DNA of 64,000 nt from Spirochaetota bacterium (lineage in GTDB: Bacteria > Spirochaetota > UBA4802 > JAFGDQ01). Each line of letters opens with the position of its first letter. The first letter of the stretch is position 1. Shown piece by piece: positions 51,464 to 62,317 of this stretch. The translations under genes were made by a program, and so were the position numbers. The stretch is taken from contig JAXHTS010000055.1 in NCBI GenBank assembly GCA_034190085.1, positions 10,117 through 74,116 of the forward strand, given 5' to 3'. The notes under the pieces were generated by a model. That model saw only the letters and a program-made list of their open reading frames with translations, had not been told where the DNA came from and did no database searches.

Positions 51464-54400
51464 ATGAAGTTAGTGGGCAAATTCAGCTATCCCGATATCT
51501 TTCAAAGAAGAGTGATCTATTTTAATACTCTATTCACCTTTATTACTATTGGGATTATTTACTCAAATATCACTCTCTCATTAAAATACTACTTTCTATA
51601 TCAACCCATTGCAAAAATTGTCCTTCTCTTGGGACTTTTAGGCCTCTTTTGGGGTATTTTTCTATGTAGAATAATATTCATAAGGATCAAAAAAACAAGA
51701 CCAGTCTATATACTCTCTGATCTCCTTTTTGTTATGCTCTCATTTTTATTTATATTCAGAAATATAATTATACCTTATAAGCCGGAGGTTCTTATTCATC
51801 TTTTTTTCGAGTCAATATACATCATTCCCTTAATCATATTCTCAATAGCTTTTATGGTTGGCATCAAGGTAAACTACTTTTTAAAGATTTTATGCGGAGA
51901 TTTTGTTGATGATGAGGAAGGTTCAATACTATTTCCATTATTAATTATCATAGGTATAATATCTGGAATTCTTATTGTAACACTATTTAATCATTTTAAT
52001 CATATAGATCGAAATTATGTCTATGGAATCTTATTATTACTAATTTTTTCTACAATTTTTATTATTAAGCTCCAATATCATGCCTCTCATGTATTCGAGA
52101 ATGAATTGGAAGGGCATGACAAGTTAGAATCCAATAAACCTGAAAACGGTAGAAGAGATGATATATTCTTCAAATATTTAAACTTTTCGTATATAATAGT
52201 CTATTTGTTTCTTGGTATTGAAAGCATTATAAAATACTATGGAAACGCTCCTTATCTCAAAACAGCCTATCTGAGTATTACTCTTTTCTCAATATTTATC
52301 GGTTTTATTATTGGAAGAATATCTCGAAAGGCATTTGGATTTATCTATGTTGAAATGATTTACCCGGCATCATTTCTGTTTTTCCTGATTCTATTAATTA
52401 AATTTAATAATCAAATTCCCTTTTATATGGGCATTCTACTTTTTGCCCCAGCATCACTCATTTTCGGCTTCTCACTCTATCATACGATTAAGCACGTTAT
52501 ATCACATTATGGACACATTAATAAATATAACATTATTAATATATCCCTATTCTTATTACCAATAATGATACTCATCTCCCTGAATATTATTGATATAACA
52601 AATACTTTGTATTATGCCCTTCTAATTACACTTATTTTTATGAATATAATCTTTCCAGGTATTTACTTATTACAGAGTAAAACGAAGGTGTACAAGAAGG
52701 CTATCTACATTCTGCTTTCACTAATAGTAATACCCCTGATTTTTCTACAATACTTCTCTTTCAATATTAATATCGATAATAATCTATATATCAATCAAAC
52801 AACTGGCCTTAATGATGTAAAAAAAATTAATGCCAACAATGAATTCATTGAAGATACTGCTAATGTATATACTAATGGATTGAAGATTTTTACAGCTTCA
52901 GATAGCATAATAAAAAACATGAAACGCGCATTGGTACTAATTTCCATGTATTTAAACGAAAAGGATAGAATCCTATTTATCAATGGGTATAACAAATTTT
53001 TTAAAAATCCAATAATTGAATATTATAATAATCCATATTGCCTCGATTACATACCAGAAGGATATATGGGAATCCAACAGAAATTATTATCCGATATAGA
53101 AACAAATTCAGCAAAAAAGTCAGATATCCTCCTTTACTTAAAACAGAGTGAGTCACCCTTTAACATAATCGTAGACATTCCAAATCTCCTTGATCAATGC
53201 ATAAATCCCTTCAGATTCTCTGAGGAATATTACAATATTATAACAAAGAATTTAACCCAAGACGGGATATTGATACAAATATATGATCTAAAAAATTGCA
53301 GATCAGATTTATTACAAACCTCGCTTCTAAACCTTAATAATACTTACGAATATGGGATAGGATTTTTCTTCTCCCAATATCTTGTTGTTCTGGTATCCCG
53401 AAGTGACAAAACCTTTAAAATAACCTGGAAAAATATTGCAGGGATCAATAAACTTATAAAAACTCGTAAGTTTTCAAATCTCTTTTATAGTAACATTCAT
53501 CTCTTATCACACCTCTTCTTTACAGATATTGATGAAATTAAAGATTATTTAAAATCTGATAAGATGAAAGCCTTCTTCTTTAATTATGAAAAGGCATATG
53601 TACTAGATGAGACCTTTCATAGTAAATATATATCTAATAATTATAAATTTTTAAAACTTATTGAAGATAATAAGAGAAATAATCTATTTATTAAATTCAT
53701 GAAGGAAAAAATTAAAAATGATTACACTTTTCTAACTAAATTAAAGGAAACTGAACTATTCTATACCAATGATCAATTCGAGAAAGAGATAGCATATCTC
53801 TTAAAACTTAAAAGAATCGTTGAGAAAAGATCATACTTAAAAAGATATATTTCTAAAAAATTATCACTAAAAGAAAAATATTATTACAGATCAGCATTGA
53901 AATATGAAAAAGGGAAGGAATGGGAGAGAGCTGAAACTCTATATAAAGCTATTCTTGCAATAAATAAGGACAATTTTAACGCAAACTACAGGCTGGGGAA
54001 ACTCTGTATAACCCTTCAGAATCTCGATGAATCATTCCTATATCTACAACACACTATGAAATTGAGAAAGAATGATCCAAAGGTTTTATATCAGATGGGA
54101 GTACTTCTCTTCTCAAGAGATAGACCAAAGGACGCGCTTGTATATTTAGAAAGAGCTAAAGAACTTAAAGGTGGAAATCCTTCACTCTTTCTATATACAG
54201 GGCTTTGTCATGAAAAACTTGGGGATCTGGATAAGGCAAAGTTGTATTACGAAAAAGCATCTACCTCAGATCCAAACGATATTGAGATTGCATCAAATCT
54301 GAAAAGGGTTGAGGGTGAGATTAATGCAAAAAAAGAAAGATGGAAACCCAGAAAATTAAGCAATCAAACAGAAGTTGAGGAGGGGGAGAATATACCCCTT

Positions 54401-54469
54401 CCAATCAATGAATCTGCAATAGAAGTTCGGAATCAAAATGAGAAAAAAAACCCTACTAAGAATAAGTAA
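51464..54469 (+). CDS. Large polytopic membrane protein with a C-terminal TPR-repeat domain
   Basis: About 12 or more TM helices in the first ~430 aa, a soluble middle domain, and a TPR-like C-terminus (KAILAINKDNFNANYRLG..., LYQMGVLLFSRDRPKDALVYLERA..., LFLYTGLCHEKLGDLDKAKLYYEKA...). Confidence 0.6.
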   Translation: MKLVGKFSYPDIFQRRVIYFNTLFTFITIGIIYSNITLSLKYYFLYQPIAKIVLLLGLLGLFWGIFLCRIIFIRIKKTRPVYILSDLLFVMLSFLFIFRNIIIPYKPEVLIHLFFESIYIIPLIIFSIAFMVGIKVNYFLKILCGDFVDDEEGSILFPLLIIIGIISGILIVTLFNHFNHIDRNYVYGILLLLIFSTIFIIKLQYHASHVFENELEGHDKLESNKPENGRRDDIFFKYLNFSYIIVYLFLGIESIIKYYGNAPYLKTAYLSITLFSIFIGFIIGRISRKAFGFIYVEMIYPASFLFFLILLIKFNNQIPFYMGILLFAPASLIFGFSLYHTIKHVISHYGHINKYNIINISLFLLPIMILISLNIIDITNTLYYALLITLIFMNIIFPGIYLLQSKTKVYKKAIYILLSLIVIPLIFLQYFSFNINIDNNLYINQTTGLNDVKKINANNEFIEDTANVYTNGLKIFTASDSIIKNMKRALVLISMYLNEKDRILFINGYNKFFKNPIIEYYNNPYCLDYIPEGYMGIQQKLLSDIETNSAKKSDILLYLKQSESPFNIIVDIPNLLDQCINPFRFSEEYYNIITKNLTQDGILIQIYDLKNCRSDLLQTSLLNLNNTYEYGIGFFFSQYLVVLVSRSDKTFKITWKNIAGINKLIKTRKFSNLFYSNIHLLSHLFFTDIDEIKDYLKSDKMKAFFFNYEKAYVLDETFHSKYISNNYKFLKLIEDNKRNNLFIKFMKEKIKNDYTFLTKLKETELFYTNDQFEKEIAYLLKLKRIVEKRSYLKRYISKKLSLKEKYYYRSALKYEKGKEWERAETLYKAILAINKDNFNANYRLGKLCITLQNLDESFLYLQHTMKLRKNDPKVLYQMGVLLFSRDRPKDALVYLERAKELKGGNPSLFLYTGLCHEKLGDLDKAKLYYEKASTSDPNDIEIASNLKRVEGEINAKKERWKPRKLSNQTEVEEGENIPLPINESAIEVRNQNEKKNPTKNK

Positions 54470-54499
54470 AATTGCACTATTATAATTAGATGAGGTCTT

Positions 54500-56197
54500 A
54501 TGAACGGTTGGAGTACTACAATAACAATCCTTGGAGGACTGGGGCTCTTTCTATTTGGCATGAAGATAATGAGTGAATCACTTCAGAAATCGGCAGGAGA
54601 TCGTCTTAGGATAATATTAGGAAAGGCTACCAGCAACAGATTTGTTGGAGTTATAGTAGGCACTACTGTAACCAGCATTATTCAGTCATCCAGCGCTACT
54701 ACTGTAATGCTGGTCAGTTTTGTAACTGCAGGTTTGATCAGTTTACAACAATCTATTGGAATTATGTTTGGGGCCAATATCGGCACAACCTTCACAGGAT
54801 GGCTTGTTGCTATTTTGGGTTTTAAGGTCAAGGTTGCAACCTTTGCTCTTCCTGCTATAGCTATAGGCTTTTTCTTAAGATTTGCAAATAAAGAAAACCT
54901 AAAATATTGGGGAGAATTTTTCCTTGGTTTTGGATTACTATTTCTTGGTTTAAATTATATAAGTGGAGCTGTTAATGATTTAAGGAATTCAGAGCAAGTC
55001 ATGAATGTTATGTCTAAATATAGCGCTGATACAATCTTTTCAGCAATAATTGTAGTGCTTATCGGCGCTGTCATTACAATAATTATACAATCATCTAGCG
55101 CTACAATGGCCATGACAATGGCACTAGCTGTAAATGGACTAATAGATTTCCAAACATCATGCGCCTTAATCCTTGGTGAAAACATTGGCACAACAGTAAC
55201 CGCTCAAATTGCATCAATTGGGACAACTCCAGACGCAAGGAGATGCGCATGGGCTCATCTTCTATTTAATACCTTTGGAGTATTGTGGATTTTGCTTCTT
55301 TTTCATTACTTCTTTATACCGTTAGTAGACTGGATTATACCTGGTGATCCTTACTCATCCGATATCATAGAAAGATCTACCTCAATTGCAGATCATATGG
55401 CAGCGTTTCATACAATCTTTAATGTTACAAATACACTTTTATTCTTGCCTTTTGTCCATATACTCACATGGTTCGCGAACAAGATGGTTCCTGAAGGTAA
55501 AGCGGATCAGAGGGAAGAATTTTTTCATCTAAAATATATATCAACAACCATAATGTCTACCCCTTCAATAAACATAAATCAGGCTCGACAAGAGATAAAA
55601 AGAATGATTGAAATAATAATTGATATGTTTGATAAGGTAATGAATATCTCCAGAAATCCTGATATTAAACTTGGAACTGTGGTTGAAGAGATACAGAAAA
55701 AAGAAGAAATCATAGACCTTTTAGAAAAGGAGATATCAACCTTTTTAGTTAAAGTCTCTCAACACAGTATCTCAGAGGAACATAGTCATGAAATCTCCAT
55801 GATGCTTCATACAGTAAATGAACTTGAAAGGATAGGCGACCATTGTGAGATACTTTTAAAGTTACTTAGACGAAAATATGAAACTAAATTAAATTTCTCA
55901 GAAAGAGCATATCAGGAGATAGGGGAAATATCAGGAAAGGTAAAGGAATTTCTTGATCTGTTATATAAGAGCATTACTTCATCTGCTTCAAATATTTTAC
56001 TTGAGGCCAGTGTTATAGAAAACAGAATAGACGAACTCAGAATGGAGATGAGGAAAAGGCATATTCAGAGATTGAATGAAGGAGCTTGTGATGTTCAGTC
56101 AGGACTCATATTTTTAGATATGCTTACAAGCTTTGAAAAGATTGGAGATCATTCCTTAAATGTAGCAGAAGGATTATCAGGATCAAGAATATTTTGA
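54500..56197 (+). CDS. Na+/Pi-cotransporter family protein (NptA-like) with a PhoU-like C-terminal domain
   Basis: Duplicated Na_Pi_cotrans motifs (QSSSATTVMLVSFV..., QSSSATMAMTMALA...) and a C-terminal helical PhoU-like region (ERIGDHCE..., EKIGDHSLN). Confidence 0.8.
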   Translation: MNGWSTTITILGGLGLFLFGMKIMSESLQKSAGDRLRIILGKATSNRFVGVIVGTTVTSIIQSSSATTVMLVSFVTAGLISLQQSIGIMFGANIGTTFTGWLVAILGFKVKVATFALPAIAIGFFLRFANKENLKYWGEFFLGFGLLFLGLNYISGAVNDLRNSEQVMNVMSKYSADTIFSAIIVVLIGAVITIIIQSSSATMAMTMALAVNGLIDFQTSCALILGENIGTTVTAQIASIGTTPDARRCAWAHLLFNTFGVLWILLLFHYFFIPLVDWIIPGDPYSSDIIERSTSIADHMAAFHTIFNVTNTLLFLPFVHILTWFANKMVPEGKADQREEFFHLKYISTTIMSTPSININQARQEIKRMIEIIIDMFDKVMNISRNPDIKLGTVVEEIQKKEEIIDLLEKEISTFLVKVSQHSISEEHSHEISMMLHTVNELERIGDHCEILLKLLRRKYETKLNFSERAYQEIGEISGKVKEFLDLLYKSITSSASNILLEASVIENRIDELRMEMRKRHIQRLNEGACDVQSGLIFLDMLTSFEKIGDHSLNVAEGLSGSRIF

Positions 56198-56554
56198 CAC
56201 CTCTAATTCCTCAACTCATTGTCTAATATAAATTTAAAAGAGTCATCACTTAACTTAAAGAACAGGGGCTTTCGGTTATTGTTGAGCTTATAATTTAAAT
56301 TGTCCAAAAGGCAATAGAGGCCCATAGAAGAAAATAAATTGTACTTCCTTTTTTACCTCCTCTACACCCTTTTGTACTTCAACTTATTGCTTAGCTTTCA
56401 GCAGCAATTGACTTTTCCCATAATTGATTTGATTCCTCCGGATCAATTGCTGATAATTTCTATTCCTAAAAAATCAGTTTGGAGGAGACGAAATGTATGA
56501 TTGAGTATGTAGGAACAATTGGAATAGGATAAACCCTCATAGAGTATACCCTTA

Positions 56555-57295
56555 ATGGATACAAAAGGAATAATCGAGCCCTATACAGCCATTTCATCTG
56601 TATATGATCATCTACTTAAGCATGTAGATTATGATAGTTGGTATTACTATATTCGTTCCATAATGCTAAAACACATCGAGTCTCCCAAAAGAATACTTGA
56701 ACTGGGTTGTGGAACAGGGAGGTTTGGTGTAAAATTCTCTAGAGATAATTTTTTAATCTATGGGATGGATAAATCCATCGATATGCTTAGGATTGCGAAA
56801 CTGAGAGCCTTTAAGGGCTTCCACATTTTCTGTGGAGATATGACGAATTTTCACCTCTCAAAACCCTTTGATTTTATCTTCTCTGTACATGATACAATGA
56901 ATTATCTTATTCAGTACAAAGATATTAGAATGGTTCTTAGTTCTGTAAAAAAGATCATGCATGAAAGCAGCGTATTTTTATTTGATATAACAACTGAGTA
57001 TAATATAAAAAAATATTTCGATAAAAAAACATTGAAATATAAAATCAAAGATATGGGAATAGAATGGAGCAATAAATATGATGCAAGAGAAAAACTTATA
57101 TACTCATATCTAAAACTTAATAAGAACAGTGGTGTTGAAGTCACTGAGAGGCATAAACAACGAATCTATACAGTAGATGAGATGCAGGGTTTAATCGAAC
57201 AGGAAAATTTTCACATAATAGACGTATTTGGCGATTATTCATTCTCCCCAGTAAAGCGGGATACAATAATGATCAATTTTATAATAAAAAAATGA
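56555..57295 (+). CDS. Class I SAM-dependent methyltransferase
   Basis: Motif I ILELGCGTGRF and motif post-I (GMDKS). Confidence 0.7.
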   Translation: MDTKGIIEPYTAISSVYDHLLKHVDYDSWYYYIRSIMLKHIESPKRILELGCGTGRFGVKFSRDNFLIYGMDKSIDMLRIAKLRAFKGFHIFCGDMTNFHLSKPFDFIFSVHDTMNYLIQYKDIRMVLSSVKKIMHESSVFLFDITTEYNIKKYFDKKTLKYKIKDMGIEWSNKYDAREKLIYSYLKLNKNSGVEVTERHKQRIYTVDEMQGLIEQENFHIIDVFGDYSFSPVKRDTIMINFIIKK

Positions 57296-57310
57296 TTCTA
57301 TAATGAAAAT

Positions 57311-57952
57311 CTAGTCTATACCATATACCCCCTTTAGGGGAGTGAATGTGCAGAAATCATGGAATGTAATCTTGAACATCTGATCAGATTCTTCATCGCC
57401 TTCATTTCTCAATATTGTTATCTGTTGCTGATGAACTGGCCCCATTGGAAAGACAATTAATCCCTTATCTTTAATATGTTCAATCAATGTTATTGGCCTT
57501 CGACTACATGCAGCCCAAATGATAACTGCGTCAAAAATTCCCATTCCTTTGTCGAATCTGGCGCCATCCCCATAAAAGACCCTCACATTATCTATTTTTA
57601 ATTGTTTCAATCTCTCCTTTGCCTTCCCTGCTAACCTTTCATGATATTCAACAGTTACTATCTCTTGCACCAAAGAGGAAAGAATAGCTGTTGAATAACC
57701 GGAACCGGTGCCAATCTCAAGTATTCGAAATTTTTTTTTAGGTGAGAGATAGCTTATCATCTTCAAGAGAGTAATTAAGGGGTCACTCATCTCTCCAAAC
57801 CCAATTGGAATAGATTCATTTGTATAATAGTTTTTCTTGAATATTGGATCGAAGAAATCTTTCTGCTCAAAATTCATAAAAGCATGAATAACATTCTGCT
57901 TTATCTTATCACTCTTTATTATCGAAAGAAATTGTTCCTTTGCTCTATTCAT
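57311..57952 (-). CDS. pcm: Protein-L-isoaspartate O-methyltransferase
   Basis: PIMT motifs (ILEIGTGSGYSTAIL, VTVEYHERL, FDAVIIWAA). Confidence 0.75.
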   Translation of the reverse strand: MNRAKEQFLSIIKSDKIKQNVIHAFMNFEQKDFFDPIFKKNYYTNESIPIGFGEMSDPLITLLKMISYLSPKKKFRILEIGTGSGYSTAILSSLVQEIVTVEYHERLAGKAKERLKQLKIDNVRVFYGDGARFDKGMGIFDAVIIWAACSRRPITLIEHIKDKGLIVFPMGPVHQQQITILRNEGDEESDQMFKITFHDFCTFTPLKGVYGID

Positions 57953-58145
57953 CTCAATATCACTTATCTAAATTATATTTGGCAAACATATTAACGATTG
58001 AGACTTATCCTAACATAACACAAGAGGATTAAAGAGGTTGAGAAGATAAACTCTAACTACCCATAATTTACATAAAAACGCACTTATGGTCAAAGGGATG
58101 CTGAAATAAACATTTAAATTTATACCAAATGAATATAATGATCAT

Positions 58146-59516
58146 TTATACTGGACGGGTAGAAGACTCAATTGGAATAGCTTCTTCGTAACTGTGAATA
58201 GTGTCTAAATCGTCAAATTTAGTGTATTTCTCCCAAAACTTCAATTCAACATTCCCTATCGGACCATTTCTATGTTTTGATATCATGAGTTCAGCTCTTC
58301 CCTTTTTATCGGTCTCCTTCTTGACCCTCTCCTCACGATAGATAAAAATAACAACATCAGCGTCCTGCTCAATTGATCCGGATTCTCTGAGGTCAGATAG
58401 CTGTGGCCTCTGATCGATTCTTGCTTCTACAGCCCTGGAGAGTTGAGATAAAGCTAATACAGGGACTGATAACTCTCTTGCAAGTTGCTTCAGGGCTCTA
58501 GAGATCTCAGCTATCTGCAAATGCCTCTCTGTTTTAATTGAGCTAGTAATAAGCTGAAGATAGTCAACAACAATAAGACCAAGACTCTCCCTTTGGGCCA
58601 TCCTTCTTGCCTTGGCCCTTAGCTCAAATATACTTACTGCAGGAGTATCATCAATATAGATTGGTGTTTTTTCGAGTTTTCCAGAAACGGAAAAAAGTTT
58701 ATTAAATTCATCAGAACTGATATGACCAGTCCGAACCCTTTGGGAGTCTATCATTGCTTCAATACATAGAAGTCGAAGCCCCAATTGCGTAGCCGGCATC
58801 TCCAGTGAAAAAAAAAGAACAGCTCCCATCTCTTTAAGCGCTATATGATTGGCCATATTAAGGGCTAGTGAAGTCTTACCCATTGATGGTCTGCTAGCAA
58901 CAATAATTAAATCTGATTTGTGTAAACCAGATAATATAACATCAAGGTCTGCAAAACCTGTGGGGATTCCAGTAATAGGCTTTTTCGTCTCGTACATCTT
59001 TCTAATATCAACCATGGTCTCATTCAAGATATCGTCAATACTCTTCAAGTCTGACGTTATCCGCCGCTCAGTTACCCTAAAAACATCATGCTCCACCTCA
59101 TCGATGAGCTCATCTGTATCCCTTGCCATATCGTAGCATTTCTCAACTACATCAGTAGATACAGCGATCAGCCTTCGACGAAGGCTCAACTCCTTGACTC
59201 TTTTGGCATAATACTCGGCATTAACTGATGTAGAAGCGGAGCGGTAGAGTTCAACAATTGCAGGATCCCCCCCAATCTTATCAAAACGATTAAGATCTGA
59301 CAATTGCTGCTTTAGGGTAATAAGGTCTACAGGAAGATTTCTTCTCTCCAACTCAATAATGGCCTCATAGATAATCCTATGCCTGTCGAGATAAAAATCC
59401 CCGGCACTGAGAATTCCAGTGACCTTTAATAGCGCATCTTTATTCATAAGGATTGATGCCAAGCAGGATGTTTCAGCGTCAAGATCCTGCGGTGGAAGAT
59501 TGCCTACATCCATCAA
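58146..59516 (-). CDS. dnaB: Replicative DNA helicase DnaB
   Basis: DnaB N-terminal domain, Walker A (SRPSMGKTSLALN), Walker B (GLIVVDYLQL), and an RecA-like C-terminus. Confidence 0.9.
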   Translation of the reverse strand: MMDVGNLPPQDLDAETSCLASILMNKDALLKVTGILSAGDFYLDRHRIIYEAIIELERRNLPVDLITLKQQLSDLNRFDKIGGDPAIVELYRSASTSVNAEYYAKRVKELSLRRRLIAVSTDVVEKCYDMARDTDELIDEVEHDVFRVTERRITSDLKSIDDILNETMVDIRKMYETKKPITGIPTGFADLDVILSGLHKSDLIIVASRPSMGKTSLALNMANHIALKEMGAVLFFSLEMPATQLGLRLLCIEAMIDSQRVRTGHISSDEFNKLFSVSGKLEKTPIYIDDTPAVSIFELRAKARRMAQRESLGLIVVDYLQLITSSIKTERHLQIAEISRALKQLARELSVPVLALSQLSRAVEARIDQRPQLSDLRESGSIEQDADVVIFIYREERVKKETDKKGRAELMISKHRNGPIGNVELKFWEKYTKFDDLDTIHSYEEAIPIESSTRPV

Positions 59517-59960
59517 TCACTCCTTATCAACAATAATTGCGACCTTTGCTGTAAAACCTTCATCCAGTTTTATTGGCACCTCATATCTGCCAATATGCTT
59601 TATTGGTTCAACAAGTTGTATCTTCCTTTTATCGATCTCATATCCAAGTTCCTTAAGCTTTTTAGCGATATCAATTGAAGTTACTGAACCAAATAGCTTG
59701 CCTTCTTCCCCTACCTGAGCATTCATTGATACCTCAATGCCGGTTAGGGATTCAGCCAACTTCTCAATACGATTTCTCCTCTTCTCCTTTTTCCTTCTGA
59801 TCAACCGTTTCTGATGCTCCATGGCCTTCTTGCTTACCTCGTTGGATAGAATAACCAACTTCTTCGGTAGCAGATAATTCCTTGCATAACCATCAGACAC
59901 CTCTTTGATATCACCGGCTTCTCCTAAATATTGAATGTCTTGTTGAAGGATAACTTTCAT
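59517..59960 (-). CDS. rplI: 50S ribosomal protein L9
   Basis: Begins MKVILQQDIQYLGEAGDIKEVSDGYARNYLLPKKL, with the start at the Met at 59960. Adjacent to dnaB, as in many genomes. Confidence 0.9.
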   Translation of the reverse strand: MKVILQQDIQYLGEAGDIKEVSDGYARNYLLPKKLVILSNEVSKKAMEHQKRLIRRKKEKRRNRIEKLAESLTGIEVSMNAQVGEEGKLFGSVTSIDIAKKLKELGYEIDKRKIQLVEPIKHIGRYEVPIKLDEGFTAKVAIIVDKE

Positions 59961-60127
59961 TGTTAACTCCATTTAAATGTTATATAATATGTTATTATCC
60001 CTTACGGGGGGTAAAATCTCATCCCTATACAAAGCGGATAATGTCAAAATTATTTATCACAATCAATGCTATTTGGATTAAATACATACCCAGCAAAGGT
60101 GTTAATTTGCATATATTCCTCGATCAA

Positions 60128-61012
60128 TTATTGGCCTTCATCCTTTACCATCAACTTTCTGAAATCTAACCATAGATCGAAGACACCCATACTTGATAAA
60201 ATAACAGAAAAAAACAGTATATACTCAATACCTAAAAGAAAAATAATAATAAATAAAACAGACAACAAAAAAATGGGAATCCCCTTTTTAATCAAAAAAA
60301 ATTTTATTATACCAATTCCCTGAATAAGATACAGGACAGACATCGCTAAGGAGACATTCAAAGAAATAACAAAGAGAATATTATTCTCCTCCCTCTTTAA
60401 TAATAGGACAACCAACCATCCTAGAATAAAAATAAAAACAGAATAGTCATGAAGTCTATAATACTCTACATCCTTCACACCTATGTCAATATCTGACTGA
60501 TATCGAATGAAGAAAAACTTGATTAGATAAAAACAAAACCCAGCAATAAAGATTGAATTTAGAAAATATGTAAAAGGGATTATATCACGCACTATTTCCA
60601 ACAAATCATCAAATCTGTTTTGCATTACCTCAACTTCACTCTGTGAAATATTAGGAGTTTGACCAATAAGCTCAATAAATTTATCTTTTGAATTTGCGAA
60701 TAGATCGATATTCTTATATATCTTTAGGATATAGTAGTTTGATGATAGTATAATTGTCAGTAAAAGAGAGGATAACAATATATAAGACTGTAATGATCTC
60801 TTATGCCGAAAAGTAATACCTGCAGAAACACCAATAGTGATTGGATATAAAACAAAAGGAAGATAATCATTATCAATTATAACAATTAGAAGAATAAATC
60901 CAATAGCAATATACAATAATATGAGCTCATTTCTAGACCACTTAAAGGAAAGGATTGCTGATCCAATTAATAAAAAAAATCCTATTAATATGAATATGAA
61001 TATTGATACCAC
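60128..61012 (-). CDS. DUF2232 (YybS-like) membrane protein
   Basis: Polytopic membrane protein in the conserved rpsR-yybS-rplI position. Confidence 0.5.
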   Translation of the reverse strand: MVSIFIFILIGFFLLIGSAILSFKWSRNELILLYIAIGFILLIVIIDNDYLPFVLYPITIGVSAGITFRHKRSLQSYILLSSLLLTIILSSNYYILKIYKNIDLFANSKDKFIELIGQTPNISQSEVEVMQNRFDDLLEIVRDIIPFTYFLNSIFIAGFCFYLIKFFFIRYQSDIDIGVKDVEYYRLHDYSVFIFILGWLVVLLLKREENNILFVISLNVSLAMSVLYLIQGIGIIKFFLIKKGIPIFLLSVLFIIIFLLGIEYILFFSVILSSMGVFDLWLDFRKLMVKDEGQ

Positions 61013-61017
61013 ATTTC

Positions 61018-61515
61018 CTATTTAACTACAAATGGTAAGAGAGCTAGAATTCTTGCACGTTTTATTGCCGTGGCGAGGGATCTTTGATGCTTTGCGCATG
61101 TTCCAGTAATTCTCCGTGGAAGGATTTTCCCTCTTTCTGTAATAAATCTTTCCAGTATATCAGGATTTCTATAATGAATTACAATATCAGTATTTTGACA
61201 AAAACGGCAACCCCTTCTTCTGAATCTCGAAAACCCATGCGTCCTTTTCCTATTATCCTGATAACGCGCTGGCCTCCTGTTACTACTCGGAACACTTTTC
61301 GAATTCTGCTCATTTTCAGAGGGTTTAGTAATAGACGGTATTGAAGTCTCTTCACTTTCTCCTTGTGTATCCGCTACACTAATTGAGGTTGAATTCATGC
61401 TTTGCACTTCGTCTGTATTATCCTCACCCTTCAACTCATCACTGGATGAAGCTTTTTCAGTCTCACTCTTTATATTATCTTCACTCATTTCAACTCCTAA
61501 ATTAAATGAACTCAA
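61018..61515 (-). CDS. rpsR: 30S ribosomal protein S18 with a long acidic/Ser-rich N-terminal extension of about 90 aa
   Basis: The C-terminal ~75 aa form a canonical S18 ([62 protein letters not shown]). The ORF starts 11 nt after the ssb stop, which would imply the extended form is expressed. Confidence 0.8.
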   Translation of the reverse strand: MSSFNLGVEMSEDNIKSETEKASSSDELKGEDNTDEVQSMNSTSISVADTQGESEETSIPSITKPSENEQNSKSVPSSNRRPARYQDNRKRTHGFSRFRRRGCRFCQNTDIVIHYRNPDILERFITERGKILPRRITGTCAKHQRSLATAIKRARILALLPFVVK

Positions 61516-61526
61516 GTATTATCTCT

Positions 61527-61979
61527 TTAGAAAGGTACATCCTCATCAGAAAATGGATTTTCATTAAATGCATGCGATGAAACATTATTTGATGGCTGGG
61601 TGGAATTTTCCACAAAATCATCAATTACATTATCATCAACTGTTGACTTAGAATCCAAAAATTGAAAATTTTCAACCACTATTTCAACAGTTGAACGCTT
61701 ATTGCCATCCTTATCATCCCATGAACGCTGTTGCAGTCGACCCTCAATGCCAATTCTACGGCCCTTCTTGCAATATTCAACGATTATCTCTCCCAATTTA
61801 CTCCAAGCAATACAATTGAAAAAATTAACTTCCTCCCTCTTTTCACCAGATGAGGTAGTGTATGATCTATTGTTTGCAATAGAAAAATTAGCTACCGGAG
61901 ATCCTGTTTGTGTATATCTCAATTCTGGATCTCTCCCTAATCTACCTATTAACATTACCCTATTCAAATCCCTAGGCAT
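61527..61979 (-). CDS. ssb: Single-stranded DNA-binding protein
   Basis: OB-fold N-terminus (VMLIGRLGRDPELRYTQTGSPVANFSIA) and an acidic C-terminal tail ending DEDVPF. Confidence 0.9.
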   Translation of the reverse strand: MPRDLNRVMLIGRLGRDPELRYTQTGSPVANFSIANNRSYTTSSGEKREEVNFFNCIAWSKLGEIIVEYCKKGRRIGIEGRLQQRSWDDKDGNKRSTVEIVVENFQFLDSKSTVDDNVIDDFVENSTQPSNNVSSHAFNENPFSDEDVPF

Positions 61980-61999
61980 CTTAATCCTCCATAATATGA

Positions 62000-62317
62000 T
62001 TAAGCAGATTTTTTCTCCTTAAACCTAATAAAAAGATACCGCAAGATGTCATTTTCTAGCTTAAAATTCGCTTTAACTCTATCTATAGCACTGGGTTTTG
62101 ACTCAATACACATAAAAAGGTAGTAACCCTCACTCTCATTGTCAATAGAATAAGCAAGCTTTTTAATATCCCAACTATCTTCAGATAGAACCGATACCTC
62201 GTGCTTCTGTAGAATCTGATTAACTCGATCCTTCACTGTCTCAACTGAGTCTGATATTCTTAAAATAATTGTTAGCTCATAAGTCACAGTAACTTCTCCT
62301 CTATATAGATAATACAC
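62000..62317 (-). CDS. rpsF: 30S ribosomal protein S6
   Basis: YELTIILRISDSVETV... is an S6-like N-terminus. Located at the head of the rpsF-ssb-rpsR operon. The true start may be internal or non-ATG. Confidence 0.75.
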   Translation of the reverse strand: MYYLYRGEVTVTYELTIILRISDSVETVKDRVNQILQKHEVSVLSEDSWDIKKLAYSIDNESEGYYLFMCIESKPSAIDRVKANFKLENDILRYLFIRFKEKKSA

